A stretch of 64,000 bases of DNA from Macrostomum lignano. Lineage: Eukaryota. Positions 53,931 through 64,000 of this stretch are shown here, in pieces. Both the position numbers and the translations under genes were made by a program. The stretch covers positions 1 through 64,000 of the forward strand of contig NIVC01003334.1 of the NCBI GenBank assembly GCA_002269645.1, in the 5' to 3' direction. Every line of letters begins with the position of its first letter. Position 1 is the first letter of the stretch. The notes below the pieces were generated by a model that made no database searches, was not told the DNA's origin, and saw only the letters and a list, made by a program, of their open reading frames with translations.

Positions 53931-56900
53931 TCAGTAGGTGAAAATTGACGTCAAAGTGGCACTATGAGGCCGTGCAGCATCAAGGGTTTCTGTACGCGTC
54001 CCAAAACTTCTTTCCGCAACGATTTCCTTCTTCTCGGCTGCAGGTCGAACCTGAATCACGGAGCCTGACTGTCCTCGATCGCTAGCTGTTGCCAGGGAGG
54101 AGGCCTTCTGACTGACTGTGTCACGGTCAGCTGCATCGACTTTGCGCTTTGAAACAACAAGGAATACCATTGAGCCGAGCAGCTCAATAACCTCCATGAC
54201 AGTAAGGACCGATGCTCCCATCCATAGACCTGAAAATTACAAAAACTGGAGCTTAAATCGTGCGTCAGCTTTTGCTACAGAAGTTCAGATTGGTAAACGA
54301 TCAACCCTGTCGAGATTTGACGGCTACATATGTTTTGCTTGCGGAAAATTTTCTACCATGTGTATCTTCTACCAGCTAGCTACAAAAGAGATGGCAGCAG
54401 GAAAGATTTCATGAGCAACTGGTAACTTAGCAGTTACGAGCTAGCAACAGAGGTCCCTGTGACTGTTTTGCTGCTGCTAAAAGGTGGCTACAACGAGCTG
54501 GCCCAAACGGGGTCTTTCTTACTAAAATCGCTCTATTTATAGATGAAGATTTTAAGAGAAATGTGCCTTGTCGCAACAAATGCACATTTAGTGGATCCCT
54601 GTGGTGTAGAGTCTCAGAGACTTAAAGGAACCTTACCGAGCGTCCCGCCTCCTTCCGACAGGAAGCTCTCTGTGGGATATTGCCAGTCCTCTTCAAACAC
54701 GACCATGGTTGACGAGGCAAAGAAGACGCTCAACTGTACAACATGCTTCTCGGGGCTAATTCCGGGCAGAAGGGAGCCGGTACTCGTGTTCAACAGCGCC
54801 GGCAGGTACAACGGCTTGGCTGAAGTTGCCTGCCATCGACTTGCTAGAAGGCGTTCGATATCTCTCGACCAAGTAGAGCCAGTAGGTAGCAGACCTAGCG
54901 AAGCGTGAGTCACGATGCTGTCCTCCCGGCAGGCCTTCTGACAGCTGTTGACGTGCTCGCCGTACACGCTTAGATCTTCGTAGCTTCGCAGGATGGCATT
55001 TTGACAGTTGCGATGGATAAAAACTTCGCTCAGATTGCCGATGGTGATATTGTTGGAGCTTCCGGTGCGGTTCCAGTCCAGCCGCATGCAGCGCGGAGCG
55101 GACATCAGGTTCGGCGGCACTGGCAGCAGGTCGGAGACGCAGCCGCAGAGCTTGTAGACGCTCTGACTTAACGACATGTCGACGCAGTTCACGATATCAA
55201 AGTCGAACTCGGTCGGGGAGGCGATTTGATTAACGACCTATCGGGTTGGTTGTGCGAGATAGGTATAAGTAGCTTGTGCCTGCTTAAGACATGGGGATCG
55301 GTTTCAGGTTGAATTTTGATATAAAGCCAGTACAACCGCAGTATTAGGAAGTCTATTCAGAAGCGATATTACCAGTGTCTCATATAATATTTTGGCCCGA
55401 AATACTTCGTAATACTCGTACTTCCGACCTACACTTAATGTAACTGTGCATCCAAGCCTTTTTAAAAAAAACAGTACTGAGCGTCCAAAAAATGGCACAT
55501 GAGCGTCCTTTCAAAGATGGTCTTTGAGGTAGGCCAAGTCTTATTTAAAGACGGCTCATTTATTTCCAGTACCCTCGTAAAAACGGAATTAGAAGTCGAA
55601 GCAATTATGAGAAGCCATCAGCCTGCGCTGCATAAACAATCAGTTAGGCCTTGGTGCCTGCCTGCCTGAGGGTTTTTTGGTCTAAAAAAGCTTTGCAAAC
55701 GTGAGCAGCAGGTAAACGAGGCTGTAGGAAGGAGAAGGCAGCGTGCACTGTTTGGAGTCGTTGGCAACAATCGATCTGCTCAGTAAAATGAAAGCTGGTT
55801 ACTTTACACACTATAGGGAAGAAAAGATCTCCAGTTAGTTCGTATTAGTTGCTTATGTAGCAATGTTAAATGAAATGGCTGCAGCCAAAACAGGCGCCAA
55901 TATGTGGTGCCTTGGTGGGCGCACCTACTTGTCTCTTGGTGGGTGCCCCTGTTTCTTGATAGGCACCCCCTGTCTTTTGGTAGGCACCCTTGTCTCTTGG
56001 TGGGCGCCCCTGTCTCTTCGTAGGCACCCCTCCCTGTATGTTGGAGGGCGCCCCTGACTCTTGTTGGGCGCCCCTGTCTTTTGGTAGGCACCCCTGTCTT
56101 TTGGTAGGCACCCCTGTCTTTTGGTAGGCACCCCTGTCTTTTGGTAGGCACCCCTGTCATTTGGTAGGCACCCCTGTCCTTTGGTAGGCACCCCTGTCTT
56201 TTGGTAGGCACCCCTGTCTCTTGGTAGGCACCCCTGTCTTTTGGTAGGCACCCCTGTCTCTTGGTAGGCACCCCTGTCTCTTGGTAGGCACCCCTGTCTT
56301 TTGGTAGGCACCCCTGTCTCTTGGTAGGCACCCCTGTCTTTTGGTAGGCACCCCTGTCTTTTGGTAGGCACCCCTGTCTTTTGGTAGGCACCCCTGTCTT
56401 TTGGTAGGCACCCCTGTCTTTTGGTAGGCACCCCTGTCTTTTGGTAGGCACCCCTGTCTTTTGGTAGGCACCCCTGTCTTTTGGTAGGCACCCCTGTCTT
56501 TTGGTAGGCACCCCTGTCTCTTGGTAGGCACCCCTGTCTCTTGGTAGGCACCCCTGTCTCTTGGTAGGCACCCCTGTCTCTTGTCGGGCGCCCCCTGTCT
56601 CTTGGTGGGCGCATAAACCCGAAATATCACAACTCCAAAAGTGCTAACAACACCCAACGCTATTTTGGTTTCCGAAGTTATGGTATTTCCAGTTTGTAAT
56701 AATTCGGTATTATGATGGGGAAGTGCTTTCTGAGTTGTGATAAAACGGCATTATGCATCGCGTGTCTTAAAAAACGAAAAGAGAAGCTGAGGTCTTTAGC
56801 AGTGACTCTTGTTGGGATTTAAAATGGGATTTAAGATTACAGAATAAAAATGCTGTAAAGAGTCAAGGCTAGCATTGCTCGCATTGAAAGAACATGTAAC

Positions 56901-59900
56901 CTTGGGATCGAATCTTCATGCCACAGCAATATGTAAAACGTCTATACATGTACCTTATTAAAAACATACCAGATGCCGATTGCTACACGGATCTTTTGGA
57001 CTAGTCAGGCGGTTGGTACGCTGGAGCAGCAGCGATATATCCGTTCGAAATCCAACTGCTGCAGCCACGGGAGCGGCACGGAAAAAGTTAATGAACTTGT
57101 CGTAGGCGCTGACTAGAATGACGTAACCGCGACTGTAACGCAGCGTCTGAGTTAGGTAAGCTTCCTGGCTGCCTTCATAGGCGAGTGTCATTGTCAGTCC
57201 GCTATCGTAGCCACCGTAAATCATTCGCGATGTCGGTTTGAATAAGTAGCAAAATCCATACCTAAAGAATCAGTGACAGTTTTTTGAAAATTTTCATTTA
57301 TTAAAGATATATGGACATCAAGCTAACTTGAAATACGATGCTAAACTCAGGCGCGTTGCCACCGGGGGGACAGGGGGGACATGTCCCCCACCAGTAAAAG
57401 CTATGGGGGTATGTTAATGCTTTGTCCCCCACCCCACCTTGTGACCCGTTGTGGTAATCAATAAGTTTTTTCCGGGCGCCAAAATGAGTACTTGCGGCGC
57501 TAAAAGAGTGCCTATGGTTCTAAAAAGAGTGCCTGCGGCGCTAAAATGAGTGCATGTGGCGCTAAAATAAGTGGCTGCGGCGCTAAAATGAGTTCCTGCG
57601 GATCTAAGAGGAGTGCCTATGGGGCCAAAATAAGTACCTGTGGCGCTAAAATGCCTGTGGCGCTAAAATGCCCGTGGCGCTAAAATGCCTGTGGCGCTAA
57701 AATGCCCGTGGCGCTAAAATGCCTGTGGCGCTAAAATGCCCGTGGCGCTAAAATGAGTGCCTGTGGTGCTAAAATGAGTGCCTGCGTCGCCAAAATGAGT
57801 GCCTGTGGCGCTAAAATGAGTGCCCGTGGCGCTAAAATGAGTGCCTGTGGTGCTAAAATGAGTGCCTGTGGTGCTAAAATGAGTGCCTATGGTGCTAAAA
57901 TGAGTGCCTATGGCGCTAACATGAGTGCCTGCGGCGCTAAAATGAGTGCGTATGGTGCTAAAATGAGTTCCTGCGGATCTAAGAGGAGTGCCTATGGCGC
58001 CAAAATGAGTGCCTGTGGTGCTAGAATGAGTGCCTGCAGCGCCAAAATGAGTGCCTGTGGCGCTAAAATGAGTGCCTGCGACGCTAAAATGAGTGCTTGC
58101 GACGCTAAAATGAGTGCATGCGGCGCTAAAATGAGTGCCTATGGTGCTAAAATGAGTGCCTATGGCGCTAACATGAGTGCCTGCGGCGCTAAAATGAGTG
58201 CGTATGGTGCTAAAATGAGTGCCTATGGTGCTAAAATGAGTGCCTATGGTGCTAAAATGAGTGCCTGCGGCGCCAAAATGAGTGTTTTCTGAGCTAAAAT
58301 GAGTGCCTGCGGCGCTAAAATGAGTTCCTGCGGATCTAAGAGGAGTGCCTATGGCACCAAAATGAGTGCCTGCGGCGCTAAAATGAGTGCCTGTGGCGCT
58401 AAAATGAGTACTTGCGGCGCTAAAAGAGTGCCTATGGTTCTAAAAAGAGTGCCTGCGGCGCTAAAATGAGTGCATGTGGCGCTAAAATAAGTGGCTGCGG
58501 CGCTAAAATGAGTTCCTGCGGATCTAAGAGGAGTGCCTATGGGGCCAAAATAAGTACCTGTGGCGCTAAAATGCCTGTGGCGCTAAAATGCCCGTGGCGC
58601 TAAAATGCCTGTGGCGCTAAAATGCCCGTGGCGCTAAAATGCCTGTGGCGCTAAAATGCCCGTGGCGCTAAAATGAGTGCCTGTGGTGCTAAAATGAGTG
58701 CCTGCGGCGCCAAAATGAGTGCCTGTGGCGCTAAAATGAGTGCCCGTGGCGCTAAAATGAGTGCCTGTGGTGCTAAAATGAGTGCCTGTGGTGCTAAAAT
58801 GAGTGCCTGTGGTGCTAAAATGAGTGCCTATGGTGCTAAAATGAGTGCCTATGGCGCTAACATGAGTGCCTGCGGCGCTAAAATGAGTGCGTATGGTGCT
58901 AAAATGAGTTCCTGCGGATCTAAGAGGAGTGCCTATGGCGCCAAAATGAGTGCCTGTGGTGCTAGAATGAGTGCCTGCAGCGCCAAAATGAGTGCCTGTG
59001 GCGCTAAAATGAGTGCCTGCGACGCTAAAATGAGTGCTTGCGACGCTAAAATGAGTGCATGCGGCGCTAAAATGAGTGCCTATGGTGCTAAAATGAGTGC
59101 CTATGGTGCTAAAATGAGTGCCTATGGCGCTAACATGAGTGCCTGCGGCGCTAAAATGAGTGCGTATGGTGCTAAAATGAGTGCCTATGGTGCTAAAATG
59201 AGTGCCTATGGTGCTAAAATGAGTGCCTGCGGCGCCAAAATGAGTGTTTTCTGAGCTAAAATGAGTGCCTGCGGCGCTAAAATGAGTTCCTGCGGATCTA
59301 AGAGGAGTGCCTATGGCACCAAAATGAGTGCCTGCGGCGCTAAAATGAGTGCCTGTGGCGCTAAAATGAGTACCTGTGGCGCTAAAATGAGTGCCTGTGG
59401 TGCTAAAATGAGTACCTGCCGCGCTAAAATGAGCGCTGACAACACCAATTCTCAAAATAATGGACATGTAGGAATTTAGTCATGTACATGTACATGTTGA
59501 ATTCTTGGCATTGTCCCCCCCACCACCATAAAACCCATGGCGGCGCCCCTGGCTGAACTGCTTCGACTTTGACACAAATATCAGCTCAAAATCTTAAAAG
59601 CAGCTACCGACGTTGATGACAGATATGTACTTTTAAGTGTACTTCGACGTTCAGCCGACGTCGGACTGCATTAGTGTTAAACAATGTACAGGCTAAAAAT
59701 CAACGTACCTATCAGACAGGATTTTGGTAAAGTTAACCGCGCTGCAGTTACCGTGATTGAAGCTGCACGAAAGCAGAAATGACTCCAATGGTGCTGTGAC
59801 ATTGTCCAGCTCGGGCAGCTTGCCTTCTGCGTAAGTGTCTAACAGCATCTTGTCCACATCTGCCTCGCGTTCCGCCTCTTGGCCTGGTGCATAAAACACG

Positions 59901-60253
59901 GCAGAATCGTTGAATAGTCGATCGTGCAGTTTCCGAACAATTTCCGCAGCACCCGACTGTGACAGGAGGTAGTCGGACCAGTAATGTGTGGGGCACAGCA
60001 CCACCTTGGGATAGGGCATCGGCTGCAGGCGTTGATGCGTCAGAACGCGCTTGTCGTAGGCAAAAAACTGCGAAGCCAACAGGTAGATATGGAATCCGAG
60101 ACCAGCTAGGGCGCCTAAAAGGCAAAACAGCCACAAAAAGGAAGCACCGCTAGGCTGCAGCAGCTTCTTATAGCCGTGTCCGCTGGTGTTGGCAGCGAAC
60201 TCCGCTGCTCGCAGTCGAACTTTTGCAGTCTTAGAGACCGTCCCACTAGCCAT
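53931..60253 (-). CDS. Degenerin/epithelial sodium channel (DEG/ENaC, ASIC-like) subunit, about 578 aa
   Basis: Exons 59709-60253 (FAANTSGHG pre-M1 HG motif, TM1, PYPKVVLC, CSFNHGNC), 56970-57261 (YGFCYLF), 54637-55237 (Cys-rich thumb, FLSEGGGTL), 53931-54229 (GLWMGASVLTVMEVIE, TM2 with GAS filter). The sum is 1737 nt, in frame. Confidence 0.9.
55860..56612. repeat. 20-bp minisatellite in DEG/ENaC intron 2
   Basis: TTGGTAGGCACCCCTGTCT(T/C) units with degenerate flanks. Confidence 0.95.
57348..59551. mobile_element. hAT-type MITE expanded to 2.2 kb by the same 21-bp satellite
   Basis: Termini CAGGCGCGTTGCCA / TGGCGGCGCCCCTG. TSD GCTAAACT / GCTGAACT. Array at 57475-59435. Confidence 0.8.
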
Positions 60254-62265
60254 TTTTATATTGCGAGGAAGCAAATAATTGCCTTGTACTGTATCTATTC
60301 TCGACAATCTGACTTGTCTCGTTTGTACGGTAAATTACCAGAGCGATTCCATTGATTCTTTATTGACTGACAGATTCAAGTTCTTAGTCTGTTAAAAGGA
60401 TTTGAGACAAAGGAAGGAGGCAAAGTATTTGCCTATCCCGCCAGAGAGAAATGGAGAGGGAATGAGGATGAGAGTTGGCTAGCCGATGATGTGACTGGTT
60501 GAGAAGCTGTGGGAGAAGAAAAAACGTAGCTCCCTATGCCCTTGTCGAGCCAATCTGGACCTGCTTGCTTCAACTCAGATCCCCGCTTCCGATAGGCTCT
60601 CCAAACACTCTCGACAGAAAAAACAACCAGCCACAGTAGCTTCCAACTATTCAATTAGTCACCATGGCCACAGTTGTAAACAATGGGAACTATTAATATA
60701 GTACTCTGAAAAATCGGGGCTTTCGTAGATCCAATGCATTTTTCCTCAGCCACTCACACTCTTCTGTAACAGCTAATCACAATAAGAGTGCAATCAAAGT
60801 TGTACTTATTGTAATTATATACGTTTCCGAGTGTATTTAATCTGTGCCCCATAACCTTCTAGTTTCAATCTAAATAAGGTTAACACGTGTGTATGCTAGA
60901 TGTCGCTATGGATTGGCAACATCCAATGAGAATTATCAACTGGTATTTTAACATCTAAATATATTATCAATGCTTTTGTTCTAGGTCCTGCTTTCAGCTC
61001 AAACGATCGTTTGAAGTTCCTCTTTTGAGTGCTACCTTGCCACAGTTTATACAGTTGCTAGTAATTGTACCAATAGACAAAAAACAAATACTATTAAACT
61101 ATAAACTATTAAACTTTTTTCTTACAAAATTTAAGCTTTTTAGCAAAATTTATGACGTCTTTTGTTATGTATATTATGTTCCAAGAATATTAATAAATCA
61201 AAAAAGCAACTGCAGTCTGTTCTCTTCTGTCCTTACCAAACAGATTCTGTGGATAATCTTTGTGAGTTGAAGCGATTAGCTAGACAAAATAGTAAAACAA
61301 TCAATCAAAATAAAACACAGGCAAAGCGGCATGTCTTTAAAGTAAATTAATGTGGATGGATTGTGTAAACCGATCACGACAGGTTCTGCCCTCATTTGGT
61401 GTATAAATAATGCTATAAATATGACGGAACAATGGACAGAACAGGGCTTGAACTATTTTATTTATATTCTGCTTTTTAAAGCTTTAACTTGAAAAAATCA
61501 AAAGTAGAAAAATTTTAGAATTCATAATAACACCGATCTATAGGCGAGCGGTATAGCTAGCCGAAACTGAACTCAGCTGCGGCGATGCAGTGAGAAAAAT
61601 CAAAGAACACCCAGCTATTAAGCAATTAAAGCACATAGGGTATGTAAGTGTGAAAGTGACAAAATCATACAAATACTGAGCGACATAAAGGTGGCTATAC
61701 TGTAGTCTTTTATTAAACTGTTGCAGACCCACTGCAACACTGATTGATATTTAGAAAAAATAATTCAACAAGCAGTCAATAAAAATGCAATGGATCATTA
61801 ACTGAAATTTACAAACTTCTATTTGAAGGCATTAAATTCGCATCGAAATGCGTGGGATTTTTGAAACTTAGCCCTAATAAAATTTGTTGATTTCTTGCCG
61901 CATTAAAATCTATAACCTTATATTTTGCAAATTGACCAATAAAATTTTATTTTACAAAAATCACAAGCAAAATTAGGCCTTCAAATTAATTTTTGAATGA
62001 ATGAAAGTTAGACCTCCTAAAATTTTTCAAGAACGAGATTTTCGATCCTTCTAGTTGTGGAGTCCTTGGTAAAATTGTCGAGATTGAAATGGTACAGTTA
62101 GTCAATGATGTCGATGCTCGGCTTTTGCCTTTTGGGTGCGCAGCGTCTCTCCATTGACTGGCTTCTAATAATTCACTCCTTTATTTTATCTACACGCATT
62201 GTGTACAATTTTAATGCATATAAACACAAAAACGCTAAGGATACTACTTACAGTGGAATCCACTA

Positions 62266-63863
62266 CTACTGCTGTCGATAATTAGTCACAGCATTGCCAG
62301 CACGATCGACAGCGCCCAGCATCAACTTGGCAGCTTCATCGTTGGCAATATCCGGCGCTGACGCAATGACCCAGCTGTCAGCCGAGACCAAACTGCGACA
62401 GATTGGGCAGGTGGCATCTGACTGGCGACCGGCGATTGGCAGGTTGCCAATTGTCTCGCGTCTAGGCGGGCCAACGTCAATCCAGTGCTGGATGCAGCTT
62501 TGACAATAGGCGTGAGCGCACTGCAGAAGCACGTCAGCCTGCCTGTCCATGCAAATGCAGCACTCTTCAATGTCTGCGGCTGGAGAAATGCAACGATATT
62601 GATAGCCAGACAGAATTAGAAAGTTCTCCAACTTGCACTTGTCATGACGACACATCAAATTGGAATTTTGGCATGATGAATTTGGACCCCGGACGCCAAA
62701 TTGGCACCCGGTTGTTTCCGAGCAGGAGGAAACTTAAATGAATTTCCACTATATTTTTGTTTATACATGTCCTCCACAACAAACAAATAAATGTGTTTAA
62801 CGCCTCGCTTTAACATTAGGTACTTTCACTTTCTACACTGTAAAATAACAAAGAAAGCAATCATGTGTCACAACTCCCAGCAGCTTTTTGACTCTATGAA
62901 ACGGCCAGACGCGATCCCCACAGTAATTTAGAGCTCGTCCGCCAAATTAGTCCAAGGCCGGACATGCAATGAGGACCAACCTCCTAGGTCATGGGTTGGC
63001 AAACTTTTTTACCCCAAGGGCCAGATAGAGACCCTAGAGCACTGCGGGCGGGAGAAGGGAGCGATACGAGATAGGAGAAAAGAGAGACGAAGGAATAGAA
63101 GAGACGAGAGGAGAGGAGAGAGGAAGAGTGCTGAGAAGAGAAAAAAAAAATAATTAGGCGGGCCAAATTGCTATTGTGAAGTTTCAAAGAGCCCGAGGGC
63201 AGGTTAGAGAGGCTAAGCGACCCCTGTCCGAGACAGTCTTCCTCACTTGCTGTGATTATGTGCTGTCTGCTGCCTTGATTTGCAGGAGTGGCAAAACCCA
63301 AAAGCAACCCTTGCGAATTATGAACTTATTAACTTTCCGACATGAGTCGTAAAAGGCGGAATTAAAATTTCCATCTCACCTTTAGCACTTGGTTTCAAAG
63401 CATCAGCGTCAGCAGAAGCAGCAGCAGCAGAAGCAGAGGCAGCAAACTCAGTGGCATCATCTGGTAACAGTCCAAGCACAACAGATGCAGTAAACTGGGA
63501 TTCAGACTCAGGGCCAGTCCTGACGCCTGCACAGGCTGCACTGCCGCCAACAACAGATAACTGACTTAACGATCGCAGGTCTTTACGAAGCGACATCAGT
63601 TGACGAAGGCTCAGCAGCCTCATCGACAAGGTTCGACCAGTAGATGCTTCAATTTTTCGACACTCAATCTGGACGAGCGCCTTCCACAGCAGACTCAGAT
63701 GATGCGGCGGCATCTGCTGGACAGTGAATTTTAACCGAGTTGGTTGCGATGCCAATTCGCGCTCACAGAGATTATTCAGCTGAGCTACCTGAGCAGCCAG
63801 GCGTTCCTGTGTCAGACTTCCCATCTCAAATAGTGTGTTGAATTCATTTTGCAGTCGATGCAT
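62266..63863 (-). CDS. RNF141: RING finger protein 141-like E3 ligase, about 265 aa
   Basis: Exons 63380-63863 (GSLTQE..VAQLN, LWKALVQIECRKI) and 62266-62579 (EECCICMDRQADVLLQCAHAYCQSCI..CPICR..SWV). The GT-AG intron is phase 1. The start codon is uncertain because the window edge is near. Confidence 0.82.
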
Positions 63864-64000
63864 TACTTTTACAACAAAAACTTGGTTGCTTTAAGCAGCA
63901 GTTGCTGATGCATGCATGAAATAAAATAGAAAAGATGTTTGTAATGAATCAAAAGCAAAAGGTTTTTTACACTTGAACATTTTTGGATTTTTTTAAAATT

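Overview
Eukaryotic (metazoan) genomic DNA with GT-AG introns. Style and gene content suggest a free-living flatworm such as Macrostomum, but that is inference and not shown by the sequence. Seven host genes all lie on the minus strand. From right to left they are an RNF141-like RING protein, a DEG/ENaC channel, TRAM1-like, INTS13/Asunder, an intronless RPL13A, a MARK/PAR-1 kinase and the 5' part of HACL1. I traced exon boundaries by hand and reading-frame phase is consistent across the junctions given. Most long introns are filled by their own minisatellite (17-53 bp units), which explains most of the long ORFs in the six-frame track. Mobile DNA includes a 3.6-kb TIR element with CCC termini and a 2-bp TSD, four hAT-type MITEs, two palindromic CAT..ATG MITEs, further MITEs, CORE-like tRNA SINEs, a decayed mariner and a 5'-truncated RTE-like LINE. 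The 3.6-kb element carries a spliced ORF I cannot assign and a 120-bp array, and two of the hAT MITEs carry the same 21-bp satellite. The best candidates for something undescribed are that 3.6-kb element with its cargo gene, the satellite-carrying MITEs, and the co-oriented gene run with the tight INTS13-RPL13A pair. No databases were searched, so all family calls come from recognised motifs.
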